In this document: positions 17,142 through 26,196 of the stretch, piece by piece
Layout: every line of letters starts with the position of its first letter
How positions within the stretch are numbered: the stretch's first letter is position 1
IMG/VR virus record: IMGVR_UViG_3300025598_000106
Coordinates: 1 to 33,195 of that record
From: a virus
Taxonomy: Duplodnaviria > Caudoviricetes
DNA length: 33,195 nucleotides
Direction: 5' to 3' (one strand)
Made by a program: the position numbers and the translations under genes
Notes under the pieces: model-generated
Databases searched by the model: none
What the model saw: the letters and a program-made list of their open reading frames with translations, nothing else
Told to the model about the DNA's origin: nothing

Positions 17142-18087
17142 TTTGTGACTCCTGTACTTTCGTTAATTCCATAGCGTATTGCTCTGGGGTTAATTTGAAT
17201 TTCTTAGCCAAAGCTAATTGTGTCTGCGTCAGTTTGATCTTTTTGGAGGATGTGGACCGAGTAGCAGGCGCTACTACCGTGTTGGACTTCCTAGGGGCAG
17301 AGTCTTTGGTCTCTGCTTGTGGTTCACCAGCAAATTTGTCTGGGAATCTTTTTCGCACTTCGGTATCAATAACGCTCCAGTAATAGTCAGAGCCAGCTGG
17401 GACTCCTTCTTTTTCTAGGCGTCTATGAATGCCCATAGCGAGAAAACTCATATCCTCATCTGTGCCATACCAGCTATTTTTATCTAGCCATGCTTGGGTT
17501 TTTGAGTCCAAGCGTTGAGGTTGTGCTTGAGGTTGTTGTATTTGTACACTATTTTCCCATTCTTGTAAAGCATTTTCATCAAATTGAGGTTTATATTGTT
17601 CAATTTGTTGTGCTTTCATCTGTGCACGGGTCAATTTTTCTTGTGCAGCAACCAGCAATTCTGAATCACCAGAGTCATAAGCCTCTTTATATTCACGCTT
17701 AGCCATGTCAACTTCACGGGCTACGCTATCTTTTGCTGTTGTTACGTATACTTTTTCACCTTCAGTTAGTCTACCTTGCAGTTGCTTAGTGCGTTCTAAC
17801 AAAGATTGGGCTACACGTACTGCTTCTTCTTGCTCACGGAACGCTTGTTCTTTAGCTCTACGTTCATCGTTGATTAATTTTTTCATTTGCAAGAGACGTT
17901 GTTTAGCCTCTTTAGAATAAGATTCTAGATCATCTTCATCAATGTCCTTAACAATCTCTTCTGGTAAAGGTTGAGCATGTTTACGATCTTCCTCAGGAGT
18001 ATCGTCCTCAATTTCAATCTCAATCTTATCTTCAATTAATTCGTCTTCGTTATCCATTTCATCTGGAAACTTGTAGTTGTCAGCCAT
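17134..18087 (-). CDS. Capsid scaffolding protein (putative)
   Basis: Acidic N-terminus, long coiled coil, W...N.W.G, C-terminal KLTQTQLALAKK..LTPEQYA; located between portal and capsid. Confidence 0.7.
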   Translation of the reverse strand: MADNYKFPDEMDNEDELIEDKIEIEIEDDTPEEDRKHAQPLPEEIVKDIDEDDLESYSKEAKQRLLQMKKLINDERRAKEQAFREQEEAVRVAQSLLERTKQLQGRLTEGEKVYVTTAKDSVAREVDMAKREYKEAYDSGDSELLVAAQEKLTRAQMKAQQIEQYKPQFDENALQEWENSVQIQQPQAQPQRLDSKTQAWLDKNSWYGTDEDMSFLAMGIHRRLEKEGVPAGSDYYWSVIDTEVRKRFPDKFAGEPQAETKDSAPRKSNTVVAPATRSTSSKKIKLTQTQLALAKKFKLTPEQYAMELTKVQESQNG

Positions 18088-18096
18088 GATTTACTC

Positions 18097-18531
18097 CTAT
18101 GCTCTACTAATACCACGTGGATCTTGCACAATACCTTCCACGGAGTCATCGTTAATAATACGGAATTCACGGCCATGTATCTTGAGTCGTGTGCCAGTGT
18201 TTGGTCTAGCTAGAATAAAGTCACCTGGCTTGCACCAAGGACCATTAGGGAAGCGAGCTTTATCTTGATAACAATCAGGACCAAGCTTAACTACAAAAAA
18301 TACTGTAGATAAAAGTTCTTCAGTCTTAACTGCCATATCTGGTTTGATAATCCCAGACTCATATTCCTTTTCTACTTCTGGAATAGCACAAAGAATACGA
18401 TATCCTGAGGGTTCAGGTAATTGGCTTGCTTTATCCTCATCGCTTTGTAGAGTCGGTTCGGCAATCTGTTCTATCGGTTTTATTTCAAATACTTCACCAG
18501 GGTTTGATCCTGGCAGTATGATTTCACTCAT
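18097..18531 (-). CDS. groES: Phage-encoded GroES-like co-chaperonin
   Basis: P.GYRIL, mobile-loop-like ESGIIKP, VVKLGP..Y.D, PWCK.GDFI, GT.LKI.G.E.RIINDD.V.G. Confidence 0.8.
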   Translation of the reverse strand: MSEIILPGSNPGEVFEIKPIEQIAEPTLQSDEDKASQLPEPSGYRILCAIPEVEKEYESGIIKPDMAVKTEELLSTVFFVVKLGPDCYQDKARFPNGPWCKPGDFILARPNTGTRLKIHGREFRIINDDSVEGIVQDPRGISRA

Positions 18532-18712
18532 CAGAGTTCTCCATATAGTTTTTAAGGTCTTCTACATATCTACGAGTGGAAAGGAGACCTGATATCTTCC
18601 CACAAGTGTTTTGGTATTCAGCATAGTCTTTGGCCATGCCTCTACCTAAATGATCCTGCAGGCTTGCTACAGTCTCATCTATTTCTTTTAGAATCGCTTC
18701 TAATTGGTTCAT
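18524..18712 (-). CDS. Small helical hypothetical protein
   Basis: 62 aa; G.AKDYAEY...CG.I.GL motif; overlaps both neighbours. Confidence 0.65.
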   Translation of the reverse strand: MNQLEAILKEIDETVASLQDHLGRGMAKDYAEYQNTCGKISGLLSTRRYVEDLKNYMENSDE

Positions 18713-21231
18713 TTATTTTCCTTTTTTGAAGGTTGGTTGTTTGTTTGCTCACGTTGCATATCCATTTGGGTGATATGTTTCGCAGCATCTATTGCTACTC
18801 TTGCTTTCTCTGCTTGACGTTGTTGGTTGAGTTGCGCTTTAGCTTTGCCAGTTTCAGCACCAATTCTCATCCCTTCAATACGTTGTTTTGCTTCCAAGTT
18901 GTTTTTGTCAGCTTGGACTTTGGCACCTACTTGCATGCCAGCGATTTCTTTCTGTGCTGCAATACGTTGTTTTTCAACTTCAATTTGGTCAGCCTTAGCT
19001 GCCGCCTCAATCTGCATCTTCTTCATCTTAATATCAATCTCTTGCGCTTTAAGTTGAAGTTCTTTCATCTGCATTTGAACTACTGGATCGTTAGCTGCTT
19101 GTTGAGCTTGTTGTGCAGCCACAGCAGTTTGATTTTGATTGAGTAAGTTTTGTGCAGCAGGTACAGCCAAACGAGTGATTTGTGCTTCAACCTCTGGAGA
19201 CATACGATGGTCTTCATCAATTTGTGGAATTGACATGCCCATTGCTTGTTCCATTTGACGTTTGTACTCTAAGCCTACGTGCTCAGTGATATGTGCTTGC
19301 ATTGCTTGCATGATCATTGGAGCTTGTGGGTTTTGACCAATGACTTGTTTGATTTTTGGATCATTCATCGCTGCCATATGTATTTGGATATGCGCTTGAT
19401 GGTCTTGGAATGGGAAAGCTTTCAATGGTTTGTTAGCTAATGCGTTTGCATTCTCAGAAACTGGGTCTGTTGGTGACTGATCTTCTGGAAGCGCTACTAA
19501 TTTGTCAGCATTCTTAATGCCTAACACTTCTAACATCTGACGATGTAGATACGGAAGGTTATAAAGTTGTGGCGCTGTTTGAGAAAGTTGTAAAACTGCC
19601 TGATATTGCACCACTTTTTGGCTCATTGTAGCCGCATTTGGGTCAGAAACAGGGATAATATTGACCATTTCGTAGTCAGATTTACGTGCTTTACGAGTGC
19701 CTGTAGAAGGGTCGTATGAGTACTCAGCAGGTGCGTAATCGGCAATAATTTCCTTCAAAAGCTTGAATTCTTGCTTCATAGAGAAGTGAATTCGGGCTTG
19801 AATTGCACTCATTGTCTTGAGTTGGCGCTCTAAAATAGCCAGTGTTGTACCAACTGGGCTGTTAGATGACATGTCTGACACCTGCAAATCACCAGCTGAA
19901 GCGAATCTACGTGCTTCATCAATTATTTTATCCATCAAACCAGCCAATACTTGACTAGGTTCCTTGTATGGAAGGGGCATAATGTTGTCTTTCATTGCCC
20001 CTGAAGGTACGTCTACATCCCTAAACTCACCTGGAGCGATAGGAGTATCGTCACCTTTGACTCTAAGTCCTCTAGTTTTAAACCCACCAGGTAAATTGGA
20101 GAGTGAACCAGCGTCAACCAGTTGTCGTAAGATAGAAGTTCCAGATTTAGCATAGGCACCTAGGATATGAATTAGACCAAAATCGTAAAATCCAAAGCCT
20201 GGGATGTATCCGTATTTAACAAAGTGGTTACGTTTTTGGTGTGTTTTATCACCAGGTCTCCAGTTCCTACGGATTGCAAGAACCATGCCAGTGTTTTTCT
20301 CAATTGTTACCACGTATGGAAGCGCAAGACCTGTTTCCTCGCCATCTTCATTTGTGTGCTCATAGCCTTGTAGGTCAAGGTCAACGTGCATCTCTAGCAA
20401 TTTATAGCGGTCATCAGATGTAGCACGGAAGCCAAGCTTCTCAGCAATCTTCTTTTCTACTTCATCTAATGTCGTATCTGGCGCACCTAGATCTACATCA
20501 CGGTAGAAGCCAGCTAATTGCAAGCGTAATACTTCATTCTCTGTCTTACGCATGACATGAGTCACACGTTCAGCGGTTTCAATACGTGATGCACCATAAG
20601 GAACAACAACGTCTTCTGCTGGGATATAAATAGATGTTTGACGGTCTAATGCTGGGTCAACGTAAACCTTTTTAAAGCCGTTACCTGAAAGACCAGTACC
20701 CCAAAGCATACGCTCATGTTCTGAACGGAACTCAATCATACGATCTGTTAGTTCATAGTTCATGTCATCTACAACACGAGACATTGCATCCTTAGTCTCT
20801 GGCGTTTCTTTACCAATGATCTCGCCCTTACATGGACCAGCTGCTGGGAACGTATCCATGATAGTTTCAGATTGGAACTTAACAACAGCTTCAGCCAAAA
20901 TAGGATGGTACACACCACACGCACCTTCCCAAGGCTCACTGCGTTCTTCAATCTTCAAGCCAAGCAACTCAAGGCCATCTACATACGTCTGAATCCAATC
21001 TCTGCGTGAGTCTACGTCAGACTCATAATCACCAACAAGGTCACCAGCTAACTGGGTCAGGATAGACTCAGGAATATATTCTGCAAGGTTGGCATCAAAT
21101 TCTTCGCCATCCGCAATAGCAGGCTCATCTAACTCAACCTCATTTGGATCTGTGATTTCAATTTCAATATCTGGTGTTTGAATTGCACCAAGTCCTAAAG
21201 GTGCTGAATATACTGCTTTATCTATAGACAT
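18709..21231 (-). CDS. Portal protein (P22-like, long C-terminal coiled coil)
   Basis: 840 aa directly after terL; D.DSR.DW...Y..GL.LLG, PWEGACGV.HP, G.GFKKVY.D, PG.GFY.FGLIH, LRQL.DAG.LSNLP.GFK; Q/A/K-rich tail. Confidence 0.85.
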   Translation of the reverse strand: MSIDKAVYSAPLGLGAIQTPDIEIEITDPNEVELDEPAIADGEEFDANLAEYIPESILTQLAGDLVGDYESDVDSRRDWIQTYVDGLELLGLKIEERSEPWEGACGVYHPILAEAVVKFQSETIMDTFPAAGPCKGEIIGKETPETKDAMSRVVDDMNYELTDRMIEFRSEHERMLWGTGLSGNGFKKVYVDPALDRQTSIYIPAEDVVVPYGASRIETAERVTHVMRKTENEVLRLQLAGFYRDVDLGAPDTTLDEVEKKIAEKLGFRATSDDRYKLLEMHVDLDLQGYEHTNEDGEETGLALPYVVTIEKNTGMVLAIRRNWRPGDKTHQKRNHFVKYGYIPGFGFYDFGLIHILGAYAKSGTSILRQLVDAGSLSNLPGGFKTRGLRVKGDDTPIAPGEFRDVDVPSGAMKDNIMPLPYKEPSQVLAGLMDKIIDEARRFASAGDLQVSDMSSNSPVGTTLAILERQLKTMSAIQARIHFSMKQEFKLLKEIIADYAPAEYSYDPSTGTRKARKSDYEMVNIIPVSDPNAATMSQKVVQYQAVLQLSQTAPQLYNLPYLHRQMLEVLGIKNADKLVALPEDQSPTDPVSENANALANKPLKAFPFQDHQAHIQIHMAAMNDPKIKQVIGQNPQAPMIMQAMQAHITEHVGLEYKRQMEQAMGMSIPQIDEDHRMSPEVEAQITRLAVPAAQNLLNQNQTAVAAQQAQQAANDPVVQMQMKELQLKAQEIDIKMKKMQIEAAAKADQIEVEKQRIAAQKEIAGMQVGAKVQADKNNLEAKQRIEGMRIGAETGKAKAQLNQQRQAEKARVAIDAAKHITQMDMQREQTNNQPSKKENK

Positions 21232-21290
21232 TATTAATTCCTAAAAAGTGGTGTTGACTAATTGCGAATAATACATTATATGCGGTAATT

Positions 21291-22778
21291 TTAATAGTAG
21301 GCACGTTTACGTTTAAATTCTACAGGATCATCTTCATAATCAGAGGGTAACGGAATAAATCCGCCCTTACGGAAACGCAATAATGCTTGCGTGGAACTAT
21401 CCACCAAGTCATCGTGATCTGAGTTAGGAAAGGCAGCAATCTCTTCAACCACTTCTTCTGCCCATCTCTTACGTGGTGCCCACACTTTACCTGAGGCAAA
21501 CAGGTCTGTCACCGCATTCAAACGAGAAATCTTATCGTTACCACGTACTGGGGTGAACTCTTGTACAGGAATTCCCATACGTCTAAGCTCAAATACTAGC
21601 GGTGCACCTGACGCTTTTGCTTCCACAATAAACGCATCTGGCTGCCATTCCTTGTACATATCCATAGCTCGTTGTTTTAATTCAGGAAATTCCATACGCT
21701 CTTTAAGGGCATCCAATAGAATGATATTGGGATCGTTGTGATCCTCATCCTTATAGAAAACTCCCCACGTTGTACAGGCTGAAAAGTCAGAACGCTCATT
21801 CTTAGTAAATGCCGTATCCCAAGATTGGATAATAAACTCACAAGGTGGTGGACGTTCACCTTCCCAAACCTGCCACCACTCACGCTTAACCAGCGCACCT
21901 TCCTCAGAAGTTGGGTTCTGTTGGTACTGGGCTTGCCATTTAGGTAATGGTAACTCCGTCCTTAGGGCATCCAATTCCTCATACGACCAGAACTCTGGCC
22001 ATAAAGGTTTATCACTTGGCAAGATAGCAGGTAACTCAATGATCTCCCACTCTTCACCGTCCCGATCCACCATAGATTGTAAGATCTTGCCAGTCAGATC
22101 ACGCTTAGACCAGCGTGTCATTACGACCACAATAGAACCGCCTGGTTGTAAACGTTGACGAGGACCAGAGGTATACCACTCGTATACATTATCAAATACG
22201 GATGGATCTTGTGCTGCTAGTCTCGCTTCCTGTTCCGAATGCGGGTCATCAATAATGAGGAGATCCGCACCTTTACCAGTAACAGTACCACCAACACCGA
22301 TAGCAAAATACTCACCATTAGCATTAGTAGACCAGCGACCAGCGGCTTTACTATCAGCCCTAAGACCGACATCGGGGAATATTTTCGCATATATCTCACT
22401 ATCCAATAAGTTACGCACCTTACGACCAAAACCCACAGCCAGCTCCGCTGTGTTTGAACACTGAATAATCTTCTTGTTCGGGAACTTACCTAAGAACCAT
22501 GCAGGCAGCATATAAGAAGCAAACTCAGACTTAGTATGACGAGGTGGCATGTTAATAATCAAACGCTTAGTCTTGCCCTGGGCAATCTCCTCAAACTTCT
22601 GTGCCATCAGCTTATGGTGACGGCCATCAATAAACGTAGGCCACATGGTGTGCACAAACGCTAAGAAGTCATCTCTTCCCTTTTCCCGTACCACAGAATC
22701 ATTAAAGCTCTCCATCTGAGCATAAATCTCCGCTTGCTCCGTTGGTGGCAATAATGCAATCAGTTCTTCTAAGTTCAT
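21291..22778 (-). CDS. terL: Terminase large subunit
   Basis: Walker A-like INMPPRHTKS, Walker B LLIIDD, coupling motif VMTRW, nuclease motifs SWDTA, IVEAKASG and HDDLVDS. Confidence 0.95.
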   Translation of the reverse strand: MNLEELIALLPPTEQAEIYAQMESFNDSVVREKGRDDFLAFVHTMWPTFIDGRHHKLMAQKFEEIAQGKTKRLIINMPPRHTKSEFASYMLPAWFLGKFPNKKIIQCSNTAELAVGFGRKVRNLLDSEIYAKIFPDVGLRADSKAAGRWSTNANGEYFAIGVGGTVTGKGADLLIIDDPHSEQEARLAAQDPSVFDNVYEWYTSGPRQRLQPGGSIVVVMTRWSKRDLTGKILQSMVDRDGEEWEIIELPAILPSDKPLWPEFWSYEELDALRTELPLPKWQAQYQQNPTSEEGALVKREWWQVWEGERPPPCEFIIQSWDTAFTKNERSDFSACTTWGVFYKDEDHNDPNIILLDALKERMEFPELKQRAMDMYKEWQPDAFIVEAKASGAPLVFELRRMGIPVQEFTPVRGNDKISRLNAVTDLFASGKVWAPRKRWAEEVVEEIAAFPNSDHDDLVDSSTQALLRFRKGGFIPLPSDYEDDPVEFKRKRAYY

Positions 22779-22999
22779 TCAATGTTCCTAACACGTAAAT
22801 ACGCAGGACGTATAGATCTTGCTCTCCCCTTTACACCCTTACATACGCCTAAATCAATTAATGTTTTCATCTTACGGGCAACATTACCACGACCCTTTTC
22901 ACCCGTAATACGCATGACATCATCCACGGTAGGGCCAAAGCCATACATCTTCCACCATTCATCAATGACCAAGAAGATCTCTTTTTGCGCTGATGTCAT
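22775..22999 (-). CDS. LexA DNA-binding-domain-like winged-HTH protein (no peptidase domain)
   Basis: MT.AQKEI...I...W...G.GPTV.D.....G..G.GNV......L...G.......AR.I; start refined to 22999 (ATGA overlap). Confidence 0.7.
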   Translation of the reverse strand: MTSAQKEIFLVIDEWWKMYGFGPTVDDVMRITGEKGRGNVARKMKTLIDLGVCKGVKGRARSIRPAYLRVRNIE

Positions 23000-23163
23000 T
23001 TTTCTAACGTTCCATCTGGACATTCCATCCAGTTCGTATTACCCGTAGGAACCCATACGCCATTCTCATCTTGCGTCACCTCAACCCACAGCTGCTGCAA
23101 AACCTCACGGCCATTCTTGTTAATATACTTAACCTGTTCTGTTGCTTTCCATTGATCACTCAT
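22996..23163 (-). CDS. Small hypothetical protein (55 aa, MSDQWKATEQVKYINKNGREVLQQLWVEV...)
   Basis: Not in the ORF track; GGAG RBS upstream; overlaps both neighbours. Confidence 0.65.
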   Translation of the reverse strand: MSDQWKATEQVKYINKNGREVLQQLWVEVTQDENGVWVPTGNTNWMECPDGTLEK

Positions 23164-23488
23164 TGATATCTCCATATACAGAATTCATTGGATAATGTAC
23201 CTTCGTCACACGGTTATCAAACCGTACACCATGACTCTCAGCCCACATGACAAACTCCTCCACATCCTTAGGCATAGGGTCAGGATACTTAGGTGCCATT
23301 CTTGCCCTTTCAGCCTCAGCTAATAAGAACCTATTCAATTCCTTACACCTACGATTCATCTTCCACCAAGCCACCAATCCCTTAGGACCACGCTTAAGCT
23401 TGCGTAACAGTCCAGCAAGTCTCCACCTAATAGACTTCAACTTACGTATATACCACTTATCACTAGGATCATATAACCTAACCCACAT
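23156..23488 (-). CDS. Hypothetical protein (basic N-terminal half)
   Basis: 110-aa ORF with AAGGA upstream, co-oriented with terS/terL. Confidence 0.55.
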   Translation of the reverse strand: MWVRLYDPSDKWYIRKLKSIRWRLAGLLRKLKRGPKGLVAWWKMNRRCKELNRFLLAEAERARMAPKYPDPMPKDVEEFVMWAESHGVRFDNRVTKVHYPMNSVYGDINE

Positions 23489-23517
23489 ATCTCTCGTCCT
23501 TAAATCGCTAAAATTTT

Positions 23518-24387
23518 TTATATATTTTTTTCCACATTGTCATCTAAATCAGTGACGGGGGCATCTTCCCACCAACGATCCTCTTCTTCCTCCCCAGAAT
23601 TCACACCAGGGTGCCCATCCGTTTCTGAAACTGGATTTGTTTCTGATTGTTTGTCTGGAACGCCATTTGTTGGTAATTGTTTGTCTGGAATAGTATGCAT
23701 AGCAAGCCTGTGGGTGTCAGGCTCAAAGTGAGGGGTGGCACTGGGTGGCGTGTCGCTCTGGGCGTTTTCGTGTTCTTGGTCATCGTTTTGCGTTTCGGCT
23801 TCTACGGTCTGCATCTCTCTTGCGTTGGCTATCTCATTGAGGAGGCTTTCTGCTGATGCTCGCTTGTCATCGCTTAATGTATTGGTCTGTTTGATTGCGT
23901 TTGCTATTGCGTTGATGAGCTTTGCTTTCGCTTCTGTTGTGTCGGCTTGCTTCACTATCTCTTTGCGCTCTGTAAATGCGCTAACCTCTGTGAGTTTGCC
24001 TAGCAGTTCAATGGCTCGCAGTTGGTCTGATGTCTTGATGTTGTCGTCTAGGGCTTTTTCAGTCAGTTTCTGTACGATAAGACTTCTTAAATGAACGGGT
24101 AAAAGATATGCAGTCGCTTCATTAGCCAGCTTCAATCGCTCTATCATTGTTTGCACGTTGGTGTTGTTTGCGAGTTCGTGAGCGTTGCGGGCTTGCGTGG
24201 TTGGTTTGCCGTTGGAGTTGTATGCTTCTCTGTATGCTTTAGCCTTTGGTTCTCCGTTAGCTACTTTCTCTGCAAAGTCTCTCTGCTTCTTGGTGAGCGT
24301 GGTTGTCTTACTATCTGCGCCCAAGAGTAGCTTCTCTATCGGCTGTTGTTTTAATCCCTCTGCTATCTGTTTGCGTGTTAGTTTCAT
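23518..24387 (-). CDS. terS: Terminase small subunit (putative)
   Basis: LTKKQRDFA..VA.G.....AYREAY HTH-type start, A.EL......V...I..L, QLRAIELLGK; first gene of the late operon, upstream of terL. Confidence 0.75.
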   Translation of the reverse strand: MKLTRKQIAEGLKQQPIEKLLLGADSKTTTLTKKQRDFAEKVANGEPKAKAYREAYNSNGKPTTQARNAHELANNTNVQTMIERLKLANEATAYLLPVHLRSLIVQKLTEKALDDNIKTSDQLRAIELLGKLTEVSAFTERKEIVKQADTTEAKAKLINAIANAIKQTNTLSDDKRASAESLLNEIANAREMQTVEAETQNDDQEHENAQSDTPPSATPHFEPDTHRLAMHTIPDKQLPTNGVPDKQSETNPVSETDGHPGVNSGEEEEDRWWEDAPVTDLDDNVEKNI

Positions 24388-24420
24388 AATAGGTACATAT
24401 TGAGTATTTAATTGACAGGG

Positions 24421-24449
24421 AGATTATTCTCATAATGTGAGTTATGCAA
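24421..24449 (-). promoter_or_regulatory. Candidate leftward (late operon) promoter
   Basis: Minus strand TTGCAT-N17-TAATCT, 33 bp before the terS ATG; spacer contains the inverted repeat CTCA-N5-TGAG. Confidence 0.4.
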
Positions 24450-24540
24450 GAGGCAAGGTTAAGGACGGGATATGTATATATGTATATGGTGATAGTTGTA
24501 TATCTCTCTATGTTACTTCTATATACGGATGTCTGACTTG

Positions 24541-24574
24541 GACTGTATCGCTACGCTCTTAATGGGCGGTTTTA
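24541..24574 (+). repeat. Direct repeat A, copy 1
   Basis: GACTGTATCGCTACGCTCTTAATGGGCGGTTTTA; TATCTCTCTATG lies upstream at 24501-24512. Confidence 0.85.
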
Positions 24575-24603
24575 GGTTTTGAATAGGTGAGAGCTGCACT
24601 CAT

Positions 24604-24657
24604 TGTACGAACGTACAGAGAAGGCTTGAAATAGGGCTTTAGTGTACGAACGTACAG
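24604..24657. repeat. Two identical copies of palindromic TGTACGAACGTACAG (24604-24618 and 24643-24657)
   Basis: TGTACG-AA-CGTACA dyad; copies are 39 bp apart start to start. Confidence 0.85.
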
Positions 24658-24778
24658 GAAAAACGGCTTTCATAATCGCTCTATAACGCATTATTTTGAT
24701 GAGGTTGATACCTTAGCCTTAGCCTTTTATTTAATTTTAAGGACGTTTTAGAGTATCTCTCTATGACTACATGGCTAT

Positions 24779-24811
24779 GACTGTATCGCTTCGCTCTTTT
24801 GGGCGGTTTTA
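24779..24811 (+). repeat. Direct repeat A, copy 2
   Basis: GACTGTATCGCTTCGCTCTTTTGGGCGGTTTTA; TATCTCTCTATG lies upstream at 24754-24765. Confidence 0.85.
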
Positions 24812-24850
24812 ACCTTTCATATATCCCTTAAATTATTTTGTTTTAGTGTA

Positions 24851-24879
24851 TTGCATTGTGGATTTGTTTAGTGTCTAAT
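24851..24879 (+). promoter_or_regulatory. Candidate rightward (early operon) sigma70 promoter
   Basis: TTGCAT-N17-TCTAAT preceded by an AT-rich UP-like tract; followed by a GTAGC...GCTAC leader hairpin (24888-24911) and the first RBS. Confidence 0.45.
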
Positions 24880-24933
24880 ATCGGTAGGTAGCTCGGTATT
24901 GGGTCGGCTACTATATAAACAAAGGGGTTTATT

Positions 24934-25095
24934 ATGGAAGTGAAACTAAATCAAAAATCACGATTGGCTAACGCTAACCTATTCTTACTTGAGATTTTGA
25001 TTAACGAGTTATTAGATAGCAAGGATGCCGAAAGAACGCAGAACGCTATAAATGAGATAGCAAATTTTATGAGCAACAAAACTAAAGAGGCTTAA
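24934..25095 (+). CDS. Small early hypothetical protein (53 aa, MEVKLNQKSRLANANLFLLEIL...)
   Basis: Not in the ORF track; AAAGGGG RBS; first ORF of the plus-strand array. Confidence 0.6.
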   Translation: MEVKLNQKSRLANANLFLLEILINELLDSKDAERTQNAINEIANFMSNKTKEA

Positions 25096-25097
25096 CC

Positions 25098-25238
25098 ATG
25101 TGGACGATGAAAAAGTTTAGAACCTTTAAGGCTTACAGTAATTGGATAGATAAGAATAAAGCACATTATCAAATTGAGCCTTTATTCATAAACAACGTAT
25201 GGGCTTTGGAGTATCGCAAATTAAGAGTTATTTACTAG
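25098..25238 (+). CDS. Small early hypothetical protein (46 aa, MWTMKKFRTFKAYSNWIDKNK...EYRKLRVIY)
   Basis: Not in the ORF track; GAGG RBS; tight packing. Confidence 0.6.
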   Translation: MWTMKKFRTFKAYSNWIDKNKAHYQIEPLFINNVWALEYRKLRVIY

Positions 25239-25251
25239 AGGAGATTAAAAA

Positions 25252-25431
25252 ATGAATTATACAGTTGAGGTTGGCGGTGTTACTTGGTGCTTTAGTCATG
25301 AATGGGATGCTAAACACTTTGCAATAGATGAAGCGTACAAAGGTCTTAAAAATATATTTGTTAAATACTACGATAAGACTATATATCGTGTCGTTAGTTT
25401 TGGTTCATGTTATGCAGTTGAAAGGGTTTAA
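25252..25431 (+). CDS. Small early hypothetical protein (59 aa, MNYTVEVGGVTWCF...)
   Basis: Not in the ORF track; GAGGAG RBS. Confidence 0.65.
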   Translation: MNYTVEVGGVTWCFSHEWDAKHFAIDEAYKGLKNIFVKYYDKTIYRVVSFGSCYAVERV

Positions 25432-25433
25432 TT

Positions 25434-25622
25434 ATGAAATACTCAAAAATGCCACAAGTAGTTAAGAGCTTAAAGATTATCACGCTAGGAAACGTGACTA
25501 TCTATGCAGAGCAGGACGAGCCTATCACTAAAGCGCAGGTCAAGGCTTGGGGCGCACATATAAGAGACTGCGAGGAAAACTTTTTAAAAGGCGAATACTT
25601 GCCTTACTTGGGGGCGATGTAA
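25434..25622 (+). CDS. Small early hypothetical protein
   Basis: 62-aa ORF with AAGGG RBS. Confidence 0.6.
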   Translation: MKYSKMPQVVKSLKIITLGNVTIYAEQDEPITKAQVKAWGAHIRDCEENFLKGEYLPYLGAM

Positions 25623-25708
25623 TGGGAGACTTGGGCGATAGGTTGGTTTTTTGGGCTTCGGTTGTATGTTGGGTTTTTCTTATTTACTTACTAATTAAAG
25701 GGGTTTAA
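25622..25708 (+). CDS. Putative 28-aa membrane micropeptide (MGDLGDRLVFWASVVCWVFLIYLLIKGV)
   Basis: TAATG overlap upstream; single hydrophobic helix; ends at the RBS of ardA. Confidence 0.5.
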   Translation: MGDLGDRLVFWASVVCWVFLIYLLIKGV

Positions 25709-25710
25709 TC

Positions 25711-26196
25711 ATGGCGAGATTATATGTTGGCACTTATGCAAAATATAACAATGGCTCAATTGCGGGGGCTTGGGTTGATTTAGATAAGTTTAAGGATAAA
25801 GAGGCATTTATTGAGCATTGCCAAAAGCTACACGCAGATGAGGACGATGCCGAGTTTATGTTCCAAGACTTTGAGGGCTTCCCTAAACGCTTTTATAGTG
25901 AAAGCGGTATTGACGATGAACTCTTTGATTTTTTGGCTTTAGATGAGGATGAAAAACTATTGCTTGAGGCATACATTGAGGCGAGTGGTGATGTTTTAGC
26001 CACGATTGACGATGCTAACGATGCTTATCAAGGGCAATATAACAACGATATAGATTTTGTTTCCGAACTTTTGGAGAGTTGCGGAGATATTCCCGAAAAT
26101 ATGCCTAATTACATTGTGATTGATTGGGAGATGACGGCACGAAATATCATGTTTGATTATGTAGAAGCTAACGGCTACTACTTCCGCACTTGTTAA
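25711..26196 (+). CDS. ardA: Antirestriction protein ArdA (DNA mimic, type I RM inhibitor)
   Basis: YVGTYAKYNNGSI.GAW.DL, E.MFQDFEG.P, AY.G.Y, P.....Y..IDWE..AR....DY....GYYFR; strongly acidic. Confidence 0.9.
   Translation: MARLYVGTYAKYNNGSIAGAWVDLDKFKDKEAFIEHCQKLHADEDDAEFMFQDFEGFPKRFYSESGIDDELFDFLALDEDEKLLLEAYIEASGDVLATIDDANDAYQGQYNNDIDFVSELLESCGDIPENMPNYIVIDWEMTARNIMFDYVEANGYYFRTC

Noticed and set aside
21232-21290. Possible internal promoter upstream of the portal gene (minus-strand TATAAT)
   Set aside because: No convincing -35 or extended -10 element; too weak to call
23646-23690. 15-bp direct repeat ATTGTTTGTCTGGAA in the terS 3' region
   Set aside because: It is an in-frame 10-codon duplication (PDKQ twice) in a disordered tail, with no sign of a separate function
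509-24403. Numerous plus-strand ORFs (e.g. 509-946, 6410-6736, 17069-17383, 18733-19146, 23735-24094) and nested minus-strand alternative frames
   Set aside because: They are antisense or out-of-frame shadows of well-supported, tightly packed minus-strand genes and have no recognisable motifs
24501-24811. Repeats considered as a mini-CRISPR array
   Set aside because: There are only two copies of each repeat, lengths and spacing do not fit a repeat-spacer array, and no cas genes are present
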